The notes under the pieces: generated by a model
The model's input: only the letters and a program-made list of their open reading frames with translations
What the model was told of the DNA's origin: nothing
The model's database searches: none
Position numbers and translations under genes: made by a program
Source of the DNA: a virus
Lineage: Duplodnaviria > Caudoviricetes
Virus record (IMG/VR): IMGVR_UViG_3300032038_000025
Coordinates: 32,001-96,000 of that record
Length of the DNA stretch: 64,000 nucleotides
Reading direction: 5' to 3' (one strand)
Shown here: positions 37,334 to 47,499 of the stretch, in pieces
Position numbering within the stretch: position 1 is the stretch's first letter
Layout of the letters: the number at the start of each line of letters is the position of its first letter

Positions 37334-37596
37334 TATCCTCCTGTCGTATAATCATCTGTAGTAATTACAGCCGCCGTTAGACCAAGTGCATCACACATCT
37401 CTTCAATATCTGCGGCAGATGCACAGTTAAACTCTTGTGTAATTATATTACCATTTTCATCAGTTACTAAATATTTATTTGCATTAGATGCTCCTTGCGC
37501 AATATCGACCTTGGTACTTAACCCCTGCCGCGCGCTCGCATCTTTTATATTAAAAACTTTATTAGAAGGGAGAGTTATTTGAGAAATATCTGCCAT
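37333..37596 (-). CDS. Hypothetical structural protein (MADIS.ITLPS N-terminus)
   Basis: RBS AAGGAG; N-terminus shared with 37622-38530. Confidence 0.65.
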   Translation of the reverse strand: MADISQITLPSNKVFNIKDASARQGLSTKVDIAQGASNANKYLVTDENGNIITQEFNCASAADIEEMCDALGLTAAVITTDDYTTGG

Positions 37597-37621
37597 CTAT
37601 TAAATCTCCTTTCTTCTATCA

Positions 37622-38530
37622 TTATTCGACTGTTACTGTACCCTCTGTACCTGTAAATGTAGGTTGAGAAACTTCTCCAGTCGGAGTTCCTTTAACGCTC
37701 ACACTCCCTGCGGTCCCTGCAAAAGAAGCGCTCTTAGGAACTGAAATACTATCAGTCTCAAGTCTAACACCAGTACCAGTCCAAGATGGTTGAGATGATG
37801 TATATGTTGCGTCACCTGTCTTAACAGTAACATCGCTTGTTGTAATACTTGCGCCAGTTGTATAACCTAACTGATATAAACTTAAATTTTCACCAGTTAC
37901 AGAATAATATGTTAATGAATTTGCGGGTGCGGTTGCGCCAGGTGCTGCGGCGACCACGGTCTTTGCGACAGTTTGACTGGTCGGATTCTTTACAGTAGTC
38001 GTGGCTCCCGCTTCATTTAAAGAAATCGTTGGTGTACCGACAGTGCCCGCAGGCGTATAGTTTGCAGTACCGCTCGCCGCAACTTTAATAGCTACAGTTT
38101 TATCTTCATTTGTAAAAGTAACATTACCAGCAGGAGTAAAAGAACCAGTTGAAGTTGTCTCAGAACCAGTAAAAGTGGGCTTTGAAACAGTTCCCGCAGG
38201 TGTAAATTCTCCAGTTGCTTCATCCTTAAAAGCTAATGCCTTTAAAGAACCCATATCACCAAACTCATGCCACTTATTATCACTAGATGAATAAACAAAC
38301 TACTTGTCGCCATAAATAACAACACTACCGGCTTCCGCATTATACTCTTCACCGCCAATAGAAATGGTTGATGCAGAAGACCCATCTGTAAGAGCTGTAG
38401 TTGTTACACCTAAATAAGACATTGCACCAGTAATAGTACCTTTAATAGTTGCAATATCCGCACGTGCCTGAGCATCTTTTATATTATACTAACTACCACT
38501 GGGTAATGTAATCTTCGATATATCTGCCAT
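37622..38530 (-). CDS. Head/tail fibre-like protein with TPAGTVS.PTFTG repeats, 302 aa, 1 TAG
   Basis: ATG 38530; YGDK[TAG]FVY...WHEFGD; joins 37622-38254 in frame. Confidence 0.75.
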
Positions 38531-38549
38531 AGAAGTTTTTCCTCTCTTT

Positions 38550-39098
38550 TTAATTTGTTGTAAAAATTATATTTTCTTCATCCTCTTCTTTCAAATAACA
38601 TCTTACTTTATTATTCCAAAAAGTTCTTTCTTCTGATGTTATATGAATAGAAGAATTATTTATATGCTCCTAATAAGCATCTGTTAAAAAAGGTAAATCA
38701 ACTACATAAGTAGTTCCATCACCTATCTTGACACCAGCAATAACTTTTCCATCTTCCTATTTATAATCACTATAAACAATAATATCTCCTGCCGCGGGGA
38801 TGTAACTTCTATTATTATTCCATTCCTCGACAGAGTTATATAACAAAGATGGAAAATGTTTATCATTAGTTAAATCACTAATTTTTTCTGGAATACTTGG
38901 CTTATTTTTAATAAAAGCATTGCCGCCAACCGCATTCCAATCAGGGTTTTCATTAATCTAAATCCGTTTAATTTCACCCTATCCAATATCAACGTCAATA
39001 TATACTTTTCCAGTATCTTTTGTTAAATAGGCATATCCATCGTTTTTTTCAGTTGGCAAAACGTTGGAATTGCCCCTCAAAACTCTAAATATAGCCAT
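38550..39098 (-). CDS. Mtd-N/hyaluronidase-like fibre N-terminal domain protein, 182 aa, 4 TAG
   Basis: YIPAAGDIIVYSD...KIGDGTTYVVDLPF...HITSEERTFWNNK; ends TAA. Confidence 0.7.
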
Positions 39099-39101
39099 TT
39101 A

Positions 39102-39347
39102 TCAAAACTCCTACCACTCTAATACACTAGTTATCACTATTCCTAAGTCTTCTATTGTACGATTTCCAATTAGCGTGACTCCATTAATAGAAGGTAAATT
39201 TATTAACTTCTCATAATCCTTTTCAACAACTTTATAAAAGGGATCAGAAAGAGACATTTTTATTTTATCATTTAGCTCTTTAACAGACATTTTTATTTTA
39301 TCATTTGACTCTTTAACATGCATATCAACTTTTAATACTTTATCCAT
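39102..39347 (-). CDS. Small structural protein, 81 aa
   Basis: DYEKLINLPSINGVTLIGN...; reading through TAG 39111 gives W[TAG]EF-TGA directly before the next ATG. Confidence 0.65.
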
Positions 39348-39348
39348 G

Positions 39349-39651
39349 TTAAATCACCTACCTATATAAAATCTCTGTAACATCTATATCTTCTATTGAA
39401 GTTGCCCAAACAAGACCATCTTTAGTTTTACCTTTTATTTGAATGCGGGCGGGACCCGGCTTAAAAAGTAAAGTATTTTTCTGGCTTAACTCAATTGTCA
39501 CAACATTATTTTCAATAGAAACATCCTCTTTTGTTTTAGTTAATCTAGTTGGACCTTGAGAGATAGTTACATAAATATCGTCAATAGACTATTGTAAAAC
39601 CTATTCATTATCAAGAAAACATTGAATAGTAGGAGTCGTAGATCTAATCAT
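39349..39651 (-). CDS. BppU-like/baseplate upper domain protein, 100 aa, 3 TAG
   Basis: MIRSTTPT...IYVTISQG...LSQKNTLLF...RIQIKG; RBS GGGAGG. Confidence 0.65.
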
Positions 39652-39751
39652 ATATTTTACCTCCCACAAAAAATAATTTAAAAACACCTTTTCATATTTT
39701 ATATGAAAAATTCTCATATTTAATTGTCTCACTTTGACCATAATTTTTTTC

Positions 39752-39780
39752 TTGACATTTTATTAAAAATTTGTTATAAT
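39752..39780 (+). promoter_or_regulatory. SigmaA/sigma70 consensus promoter, extended -10
   Basis: TTGACA-N17-TATAAT with TG. Confidence 0.85.
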
Positions 39781-39807
39781 TTTATTAAAGAAAGAAGGAT
39801 AAAAATT

Positions 39808-40548
39808 ATGAACACTTATGTTTTTTCAGATTTACATAGTCAATATAATCTCTGGGGACAACTTAAAAATTATATAAAACCAGAGGATAAAGCCTATTGT
39901 CTTGGTGATTGTATTGATCGAGGCCCTGCCGCATTTGAAATATTGACAGAAATAATGGATGCCCCTAATATTATTTTATTGTGCGGCAACCATGAAGATT
40001 TTATCAACAGCATTGGTTCAGAAATAATTCCTTATATTGAAGAAGGCTTCCACTGGTCTCATCCAAAAATGTCACTATGGAGAGCCAACGGGGCAGAAAA
40101 AACTATTAAAGCATTTTGTAAAATGACTCCTTTAAAACGACTTCAATTAATTGACAAAATCAAAAGCCTTCCAACTCATATAGAATATACTAATACAAAA
40201 GGAGATATAATATATCTTTGTCATGCGGGGCGGCAGCCAGATATCGCAGAGATACCAGATATGCATATGGGCAGTATTCCAATGAATAATTATATATGGG
40301 ATCGTAGTCATATTTCTGATTTACTCTGGCGAGGAAAAGATAATGAATATTGTATTCATGGACATACTCCAGTGGGATATATTTATCATTTTCTTAATGA
40401 TTTAGAAAAACCACCGCCATCTCAATTTGAAATATATAAATATTGTGAAGGTCATAAAATAGATATTGATCTTGGTAGTTTTTATACCAACCGCGCTTGT
40501 TTATTAAATCTTGATACTTTTGAACCAATTTATTTTAAGGAGAAATAA
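39808..40548 (+). CDS. Ser/Thr protein phosphatase-like metallophosphoesterase
   Basis: SDLH, GDCIDRG, GNHE, HAG, HGHTP. Confidence 0.85.
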   Translation: MNTYVFSDLHSQYNLWGQLKNYIKPEDKAYCLGDCIDRGPAAFEILTEIMDAPNIILLCGNHEDFINSIGSEIIPYIEEGFHWSHPKMSLWRANGAEKTIKAFCKMTPLKRLQLIDKIKSLPTHIEYTNTKGDIIYLCHAGRQPDIAEIPDMHMGSIPMNNYIWDRSHISDLLWRGKDNEYCIHGHTPVGYIYHFLNDLEKPPPSQFEIYKYCEGHKIDIDLGSFYTNRACLLNLDTFEPIYFKEK

Positions 40549-40549
40549 T

Positions 40550-40852
40550 ATGGATAAATATTTAATTAATAAAAATGAATTGCTTTCTTTTCTTAGATAT
40601 GAAATTCTATATAAATGGAAAGAAGCTGAAAAAATACAGCCTGATAAGAATGATACTTTTGCAAAATATCTTATAAATTCATCTATATATAAGCCAGACC
40701 ATGAATTTATTCAGTCTTTTTGTGTAACGGATGAAGAGCGGAAAGACCCAATTGGAACTGGTATTTATAATGAAATTCTCCCCGCAGATTTAGCAAGATA
40801 TGAAGCTGCAACATTTTATTCCTCTAGAAAGGAGTCATATTATGAATTCTAA
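40550..40852 (+). CDS. Hypothetical protein
   Basis: RBS AAGGAG; ATG 40550. Confidence 0.6.
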   Translation: MDKYLINKNELLSFLRYEILYKWKEAEKIQPDKNDTFAKYLINSSIYKPDHEFIQSFCVTDEERKDPIGTGIYNEILPADLARYEAATFYSSRKESYYEF

Positions 40853-41024
40853 TGTTCACTATCACGGAGGAGTTGGTTTTCTTGATGTTATATTAATTGT
40901 AAATATTATTCTTAAATTACTTGGTTCTATTAATTGGAGTTGGAGCGTTGTATTGTGGCCTCTTTGGACTGAGATAATTTTATGTATAATTATAATTATA
41001 ATAGATTTAATAGGAGATAATTAA
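40842..41024 (+). CDS. Small membrane protein
   Basis: GGVGF...LKLLGSINWSWSVVLWPLW. Confidence 0.7.
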   Translation: MNSNVHYHGGVGFLDVILIVNIILKLLGSINWSWSVVLWPLWTEIILCIIIIIIDLIGDN

Positions 41025-41027
41025 AAA

Positions 41028-41849
41028 ATGAATAGTAAAATATATATGTGCGGCGACCTTCATGGAGATTATTATCCAGTTAAAACTTTTTATGAATATA
41101 TGAATTTTATTGGTCAACCGCTCACTGAAAACAATATATTAATTGTTCTTGGTGATTTTGGTGCCAATTACTATCTTGGACTTCGTGATAGTATTTTTAA
41201 AAAACATCTTAATGATTATAAAATGACATATTTTATTATTAGAGGAAATCATGAAGAAAGACCAAGTATTTGTATGAAAAACAACCCTGGTCAATGGCAT
41301 ATTGAAGATTTTTGGGGCGGACAGGTGTATGTAGAAAATGAATTTCCTTATATAAAATATGCTTTAGATGTTCCATCTAAATATGAAATACCAACAGCGC
41401 AGGGTAAACCAATCAAAACACTTGTTTTACCTGGTGCTTATAGTGTTGATAAAGACTACAGACTTGCAAATCACTGGAGCTGGTTCCCACAAGAGCAATG
41501 TAATGAAGAAGAGATGCTTTGGGGAAAAATGTTAGCGGCAACCGCAGATTGGGATTTAATTTTATCTCACACTTGTCCAGTTATATATGAACCAACTGAT
41601 CTTTTTTTACCAATGATTGATCAATCTAAAGTAGATAAAACAACTGAAATATGGTTAGGAGATATTGAATATAAAACAAATTATAAACTTTGGTGTTGGG
41701 GTCATTATCATGCAAACCGCATCTATCCGCGAGTTGAAAATAAAGATAAATTAATGCTTTTTAATGATTATTTTCTTGATGTATATAAATATTTTTGTGG
41801 AAATTATGATCTTTATAACTCTTTAATAAAAATTCGCATTGATATTTAA
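41028..41849 (+). CDS. Metallophosphoesterase
   Basis: GDLHG, LGDFG, RGNHE, GAYSVDK, SHTCP, GHYH. Confidence 0.85.
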   Translation: MNSKIYMCGDLHGDYYPVKTFYEYMNFIGQPLTENNILIVLGDFGANYYLGLRDSIFKKHLNDYKMTYFIIRGNHEERPSICMKNNPGQWHIEDFWGGQVYVENEFPYIKYALDVPSKYEIPTAQGKPIKTLVLPGAYSVDKDYRLANHWSWFPQEQCNEEEMLWGKMLAATADWDLILSHTCPVIYEPTDLFLPMIDQSKVDKTTEIWLGDIEYKTNYKLWCWGHYHANRIYPRVENKDKLMLFNDYFLDVYKYFCGNYDLYNSLIKIRIDI

Positions 41850-41867
41850 ATAAATTTTTGATATAAT
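41839..41867 (+). promoter_or_regulatory. SigmaA-type promoter
   Basis: TTGATA-N17-TATAAT with TG; -35 lies in the last codons of the upstream gene. Confidence 0.65.
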
Positions 41868-41920
41868 AATATCATAAGAAAAGAAAAAATATAAAATAAC
41901 AAAAGAAAGAGTGAAAAATA

Positions 41921-42253
41921 ATGAAAATGTTTTATAAGAAAGATAATTGTTTTGTTGAAGTTTATAATTTTTTTGAAGATAGAACCGCACTTATTTTTTC
42001 TCCATCTACCGCAGGACGACAGAATGGTAATGGCTGGGAAAAAGTTAAAGTAGGACAGCTTATTCCCGAAAATTATTATGATGCCAATAGCGATGCTTTT
42101 ATAAGTGAAAGCACGAGAACCAAAATTAAAAAGCGTCTTACTTTAACTCGTGCAGAATGGACTTGCACTGATGGCTTGATTTATAATAATTGTGATGAAG
42201 CTATTGCACATGAGCGTGTACTAATGAAGAAGGAGAATGAAAACAATGCTTAA
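41921..42253 (+). CDS. Hypothetical protein
   Basis: 110-aa ORF after a promoter. Confidence 0.65.
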   Translation: MKMFYKKDNCFVEVYNFFEDRTALIFSPSTAGRQNGNGWEKVKVGQLIPENYYDANSDAFISESTRTKIKKRLTLTRAEWTCTDGLIYNNCDEAIAHERVLMKKENENNA

Positions 42254-43490
42254 TAAAAATAATGAAAGAGAACTAGTATATATTGTAGTTATTGACGATA
42301 TAACTCCAATAGAAGGATATGATAGAGTTGAGCTTGCTCATGTTGGCGGATGGACGGTTGTAGTTGGTAAGGGCGAATTCAAGATCGGCGATCCAGCGAT
42401 CTATTTTGAAATTGATTCTAAACTGCCTGAAGTAGAACCTTTTACCAATATGGAGTTTCTTGCTAAAAAGAAATATAAAATTAAAACGCAGAAAATGTGT
42501 AAATCATTAAGCCAGGGACTTCTTATGTCCGCCGCAAATTTTAAATGGACTATTTGTAAAAAAAATAATGATAATCTTACTGATATTATAGTAGGAATTG
42601 TAGATGATAAAGATTGCTACCATTGGACAAATGATGAATCTCGTTTTCTTACTAAGCAGCTTGGTGTGATTTATGCAGAAGCTGATGATAATATTCGCAA
42701 GGCGGCGTCCGCAGATAAATATAAAAAGATGGCACAGCGTCATGGGAAACTCTTTTCTAAACAGCCTTTTCGCTGGCTTATGAGGCGGGAATGGGGTAAA
42801 AAGCTACTTTTTGTTTTTTTTGGTAGAAAAAGAGATAAAAATGGTTGGCCCGCATGGGTTACAAAAACAGACGAAGAACGCATTCAGAACATGCCCTGGA
42901 TACTAAAAGACAAAGAACCGTGGATTGCTACAGAAAAAATTGATGGCACGAGTACTACATTTACTCTTAAACGCGGTAAATGGCCACATAAAGATGAATT
43001 TTATGTATGTTCCCGCAACGTCTGTTTTAATAAACCAGACAAAACTTGTTTTTATGATACTAATGTTTATACTGAAATGGCAGAAAAATATGATATTTAT
43101 AATAAAATGACAAAAATGCTTCATAATGATTTTACAGATTGTGAATGGATTACTATCCAGGGTGAAACATACGGGCCTGGCGTTCAGAAGCGTGATTATC
43201 ATGCTCCAACACACGACTTTATGGCCTTCAATTTCATAACCTCAAAAGACGGCCGCTGGGGAACAAAAGAAATGACAGATTTTCTTCTTAAAAAGAATGG
43301 AATACCTTGTGTTCCAATTCTTGATAATAATTATATTCTTCCAGATACAGTTGAAGAACTTCTTAATTATGCAACAGGAGAATCTGTTTGTGACCATGAC
43401 CTAAGAGAAGGAATTGTTTTCCGTTCAAAAGATGGAAGTAAATCTTTTAAGGCGGTTTCCAATGAATTTCTTCTTAAATATCATCAGTAA
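42237..43490 (+). CDS. RNA ligase, DRB0094/Rnl2-like with N-terminal OB domain
   Basis: PIEGYDRVE, YFEIDS, KTDEERIQN, motif I EKIDGTS, QGE, REGIV, FKAVSNEFL. Confidence 0.85.
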   Translation: MKTMLNKNNERELVYIVVIDDITPIEGYDRVELAHVGGWTVVVGKGEFKIGDPAIYFEIDSKLPEVEPFTNMEFLAKKKYKIKTQKMCKSLSQGLLMSAANFKWTICKKNNDNLTDIIVGIVDDKDCYHWTNDESRFLTKQLGVIYAEADDNIRKAASADKYKKMAQRHGKLFSKQPFRWLMRREWGKKLLFVFFGRKRDKNGWPAWVTKTDEERIQNMPWILKDKEPWIATEKIDGTSTTFTLKRGKWPHKDEFYVCSRNVCFNKPDKTCFYDTNVYTEMAEKYDIYNKMTKMLHNDFTDCEWITIQGETYGPGVQKRDYHAPTHDFMAFNFITSKDGRWGTKEMTDFLLKKNGIPCVPILDNNYILPDTVEELLNYATGESVCDHDLREGIVFRSKDGSKSFKAVSNEFLLKYHQ

Positions 43491-43494
43491 TTTT

Positions 43495-43546
43495 AATGGA
43501 GAGCAAATGCTCTCCATTTGTTTTTTTTATTATTTTTTGTTATAAT
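43495..43546 (+). promoter_or_regulatory. Terminator hairpin abutting a sigmaA-type promoter
   Basis: aatggagagc-aaat-gctctccatt plus T run; TTGTTT-N17-TATAAT with TG. Confidence 0.6.
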
Positions 43547-43586
43547 ATATATATAAGATATGAAAAAGAAAGGATGTGTTTTAATT

Positions 43587-43892
43587 ATGGGTAGAAGATA
43601 TAAAGGTAACGATTTTATGATTTCTAAAATGTATTGTATTAATTGCGGTCATGAAGGGGTTCCAATCGGAAGAAAAAATGGTCATTACCGCGAAGCAGGA
43701 CATTTAAAAAAATTATATTGTGTCTATTGCAAAAAAGAATTTAATCATGTTGAAATACGTCCTATGTTTAGTAACTATAATTATGAAGATTTTGCTTTAG
43801 AAAAAAAATATAATAATTTTGATGAAGATGGTAATAGAAAAGAACCTTTTACAATCTTTAGAGGAAATTTAAAAAAGAAAGGAATTATTTAA
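43587..43892 (+). CDS. Zn-ribbon protein
   Basis: YCINCG...GHLKKLYCVYCK. Confidence 0.65.
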   Translation: MGRRYKGNDFMISKMYCINCGHEGVPIGRKNGHYREAGHLKKLYCVYCKKEFNHVEIRPMFSNYNYEDFALEKKYNNFDEDGNRKEPFTIFRGNLKKKGII

Positions 43893-43893
43893 A

Positions 43894-44388
43894 ATGGGAG
43901 ATTTATATATTATGTGCGGCATCCCTGGGTCTGGTAAATCTACCTTCCTTAAAAATAAAATCAAAAAAGATAATTCGGTTGTTATATCTCGTGATGAAAT
44001 TAGATTTTCTATGCTTAGACCTGGAGAAGAATATTTTTCTCATGAGAATGACGTTACTGAAACCTTTTGGAATCAGATTAATGAAGCTCTTGCAACTGGA
44101 AAAGATGTCTTCGCAGACCAGACTTCTCTTACTCCAAAATCAAGAAAATGGTTAATTGATCATGTAAATGGGTATGATCATGTAAATCTTATCTGGATTG
44201 ATGAAGATCTTCAGACCTGTCTTGAAAGAAATGAGAAGCGGCGCGGGACCAGAGCATATGTTCCTAGAGGGCAGGTCCGCCGCATGTCATGTCAGTTTGT
44301 AAAGCCTACATCATATGAAGGTTTTCATTACATTTTTCATTATAATAGTAAAGAAGATAAAATTACGTATAAAGAAGGAGGAATTTAA
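43894..44388 (+). CDS. Polynucleotide kinase-like P-loop protein (AAA_33)
   Basis: CGIPGSGKST, ISRDEIR, CLERNEKR. Confidence 0.8.
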   Translation: MGDLYIMCGIPGSGKSTFLKNKIKKDNSVVISRDEIRFSMLRPGEEYFSHENDVTETFWNQINEALATGKDVFADQTSLTPKSRKWLIDHVNGYDHVNLIWIDEDLQTCLERNEKRRGTRAYVPRGQVRRMSCQFVKPTSYEGFHYIFHYNSKEDKITYKEGGI

Positions 44389-44940
44389 ATGATTTATATC
44401 TCATCAGATTTGCATTTGAACCATAATCAGCCTTTTATTTATGAACCTAGAGGCTTTAAAGATGTGTATGAAATGACTTTTACGATTCTTGATAATTTCA
44501 ATAGAATCATTAAACCAGATGATGATCTATATCTTCTTGGAGATAATTTTCTTGGAGAACTTGAACCAGGACTTGAACTTTTTAATCATCTTCCAGGAAA
44601 AATTCATCTTATTTGGGGTAATCATGATACCTACAATAGAAAAGAAGCTCTTTCAAAATGCCATAATGTAGTTGAAGTAATTGGCTATGCGGGAATACTT
44701 AAATATGGTAAATATCATTTTTATTTAAGTCATTTTCCAACCTGTACAACAAATTTTGATGATTATGGAAAACCATTAAATCGAAGAGTTCTTTGTCTTG
44801 CAGGGCATACTCATTCAAAAGATAAGTTTGAATTAACTCACTCATATAACGTTGCGGTTGATGCTCATAATTGTTATCCTGTATCTATTGATGAAGTAAT
44901 TAAAGATTTTAAAGATTATATAGATGATTATAGCGGCTAA
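44389..44940 (+). CDS. Calcineurin-like phosphoesterase
   Basis: SDLHLNH, LGD, GNHD, SHFP, GHTH, NVAVDA. Confidence 0.85.
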   Translation: MIYISSDLHLNHNQPFIYEPRGFKDVYEMTFTILDNFNRIIKPDDDLYLLGDNFLGELEPGLELFNHLPGKIHLIWGNHDTYNRKEALSKCHNVVEVIGYAGILKYGKYHFYLSHFPTCTTNFDDYGKPLNRRVLCLAGHTHSKDKFELTHSYNVAVDAHNCYPVSIDEVIKDFKDYIDDYSG

Positions 44941-44995
44941 AGCCGCTAAATCATCTATTTTTTTATTTGACAAAAATAATTATTTATGATATAAT
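44920..44995 (+). promoter_or_regulatory. Terminator followed by consensus sigmaA promoter
   Basis: tagatgat...gcggct-aa-agccgc...atcatcta hairpin; TTGACA(44967)-N17-TATAAT. Confidence 0.75.
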
Positions 44996-45022
44996 AAATA
45001 TTATATATAAGGAGTTTTTTAT

Positions 45023-45538
45023 ATGTTACATATTTATATAGATGGAAGTTGTCGCGGGAATGGTTATAAAGATTCTCGAGGCGGGTTCGGGATAGTAATA
45101 TTTGACAACCGCCGCAATTTAATTGATGCCTATTGTTAGCAATTTGATAATGTAACAAATAATCAAATGGAATTAAAAGCATTCCTAAAAACATTTGAAT
45201 TACTAAATACAAAATATAAAAATTAGGAAGCAACTATTTATTCTGATTCTGCATATTGTATAAATATCCTCACTTCATGGATTTACTCTTGGAGTAAAAA
45301 TAATTGGAAAAATAGTAAACATGAAACAATAAAAAATTTAGATATTATTTTATCTATATATAAATATTATAATATAGATTTTTTTATAAATCAAATAAAT
45401 TTTATAAAAGTTGATGGTCATAATGGAATTATAGGTAATTAGTTAGCGGATGCTCTTGCAACGGCAGACAAATTAAAATTTTCAAATATTATATTACAAA
45501 ATCATATAAACATTAACCTTTTGGAAAAAACTTGCTAA
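45023..45538 (+). CDS. rnhA: Ribonuclease HI, 171 aa, 3 TAG (absent from the ORF track)
   Basis: IYIDGSCRGN, TNNQMELKA, YSDSAY, KNLD, KVDGHNGIIGN[TAG]LADALA. Confidence 0.9.
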
Positions 45539-45560
45539 AATTAAAAAATTTTATTATAAT
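45532..45560 (+). promoter_or_regulatory. SigmaA-type promoter for gyrB
   Basis: TTGCTA-N17-TATAAT. Confidence 0.55.
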
Positions 45561-45594
45561 ATAAATATATAATAAAGGAAGAGGTAAAAAATAA

Positions 45595-47499
45595 ATGGTT
45601 GATAAACATTTATATACAGAGGATAGTATCGAAAGTCTCTCGCCCCTTGAGTTTACAAGGCTTCGTCCGCAAGTATATGCAGGTGATTGCACATATTCAA
45701 CTCAGCTATTAGTAGAAATTATTTCTAATGCAGTTGATGAATATCGTCTTAATCATGGGAATAAAATTGATGTAACTATTGATGGAGATATTGTTACAGT
45801 TCAAGATTATGGTCAAGGATTTATTCCCAATTCCTTTAGAGAAGATGGTAAGACAATTCTTGAAGCTGCTTTTAGTGTATTAAATACTTCAGGAAAATAT
45901 CGTGATGATGGAACCTATGAGGGGACTTCTCTTGGTTCTTTTGGCATTGGTAGCAAAATTACTACCTTTTTAAGTCATTGGCTAGATGTTACTACTCAAA
46001 GAGATGGCGAAGTTGAAGAGATTAAATTTGTTGAAGGCGTTTTTAATAAAAGACAACTAGGAAAGTGTAAAGATAAAAAATCTGGCACAATTGTTACATG
46101 GCAACCCTCAGAAGAGTTTTTTACTCATACAGAGGTTGAATTAAATAAAATTAAAGATTTATTTGAAACTATTACCTGTCTTTGTCCTGGATTAACTATC
46201 AATCTTAATCTTGGAGGAGAAAATTCTACTCAATATTATTCAACAAATGGTATTAATGATTTAGTTAATAAAAATTTAAAAGGTGAAGAATTAATTAATA
46301 ATCGTTTTTCAATGAATTTTTCAGAAGGCAAGAATAAACTTGATATGGTTCTTACTTATGCTGGAAACTATTCTTCAACTATAATTCCTTATGTTAATAC
46401 TGGTTTAACAGAATCTGGACCTCATATCACTCAGATTAAAACAGTTATTACAAGAGAATTTAACAAATTCTTTAAAGAGAAAAAATGGCTTAAAGATAAA
46501 GATACTAATTTAACTGGTGATGATATTCAAGAGGGAATGTATGTAGTATTTAATATTACTGCTCCTAATGTTGGATACGATGCACAGGTTAAAAGTAGAA
46601 TTACAAAGATTGATATGACGCCTTTTACTTTTGCTTTAAGTACAAATCTTGAAGTATGGCTAAATAATAATGAAAAAGAAATAAAATCTATTTTTGAAAA
46701 GGCGACAGCCGCTCGTAAAGCACGAGATGCTGCAAAGAAAGCAAGAGACAAAGCAAGAGAGCAGAATAAAAAGAAACAGAAAGCTCTTAAATTTGATAGT
46801 AAACTTGCAGATTGTTGGTCTAAAGATCGTATGAAATGTGAGATATATGTGACGGAAGGTGATTCGGCCTCAGGCAACCTAAAACTGGCTCGTGATAATG
46901 AATTTGTTGCGGTCATGCCTGTTCGTGGTAAAATTCTTAATGTTAGAAAAGCAACGCTTGATAAGATTCAGAAAAATGCAGAAATTATGACAATGATTGA
47001 TGCTTTTGGTCTTACTGTTGATATGAAGACAATGAAGCTAACTTATAATAAAGATGACCTTCGTTATGGAAAGATTATAATCGAGTCCGATGCTGACGTT
47101 GATGGGAGTCATATTAAAAATTTATTTTATACCTTTATATGGACTTTCTGTCCACAATTAATTTTAGATGGATATGTGTATGCAGGAGTTCCACCTCTTT
47201 ACAAAATCACAGAAGGTAAAGATACTTATATCTATTTAAAAGATGATGCGGAACTTGAAAAATATAGAACCAGTCATAAAGGAAAGAAGTATCTCGTTAA
47301 TCGACTTAAGGGACTCGGAGAGATGTCGCCGGATGAAACCTCGATTCTTGTAGATCCAGATAAACGAATTATTAAGCAAGTGACTGTAGAAGATATTGCA
47401 GCAGCTAATAAATTATTTGATGATTTAATGGGTACACAAATTATTCCAAGAAAAAGATTTATTCAACAGCATAGTGCAGAGGCGACTTATGGAGCGTAA
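45595..47499 (+). CDS. gyrB: DNA gyrase/type IIA topoisomerase subunit B
   Basis: EIISNAVDE, DYGQG, EGDSA, PVRGKILN, DADVDGSHI, KGLGEM. Confidence 0.95.
   Translation: MVDKHLYTEDSIESLSPLEFTRLRPQVYAGDCTYSTQLLVEIISNAVDEYRLNHGNKIDVTIDGDIVTVQDYGQGFIPNSFREDGKTILEAAFSVLNTSGKYRDDGTYEGTSLGSFGIGSKITTFLSHWLDVTTQRDGEVEEIKFVEGVFNKRQLGKCKDKKSGTIVTWQPSEEFFTHTEVELNKIKDLFETITCLCPGLTINLNLGGENSTQYYSTNGINDLVNKNLKGEELINNRFSMNFSEGKNKLDMVLTYAGNYSSTIIPYVNTGLTESGPHITQIKTVITREFNKFFKEKKWLKDKDTNLTGDDIQEGMYVVFNITAPNVGYDAQVKSRITKIDMTPFTFALSTNLEVWLNNNEKEIKSIFEKATAARKARDAAKKARDKAREQNKKKQKALKFDSKLADCWSKDRMKCEIYVTEGDSASGNLKLARDNEFVAVMPVRGKILNVRKATLDKIQKNAEIMTMIDAFGLTVDMKTMKLTYNKDDLRYGKIIIESDADVDGSHIKNLFYTFIWTFCPQLILDGYVYAGVPPLYKITEGKDTYIYLKDDAELEKYRTSHKGKKYLVNRLKGLGEMSPDETSILVDPDKRIIKQVTVEDIAAANKLFDDLMGTQIIPRKRFIQQHSAEATYGA

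Noticed and set aside
27569-39098. Diversity-generating retroelement acting on fibres
   Set aside because: No reverse transcriptase and no adenine-specific TR/VR pair seen; the internal repeats differ mainly at synonymous sites
44955-45233. Minus-strand ORF (also 53920-54177, 62424-62708 and 2662-3099)
   Set aside because: Shadows of TAG-containing real genes on the opposite strand
25601-45538. Ordinary table 15 (TAG=Gln) recoding
   Set aside because: It would put Gln at the GH25 catalytic Glu, the RNase H GNE motif, HExxH and KELVLN. Disfavoured but not formally excluded without alignment statistics.
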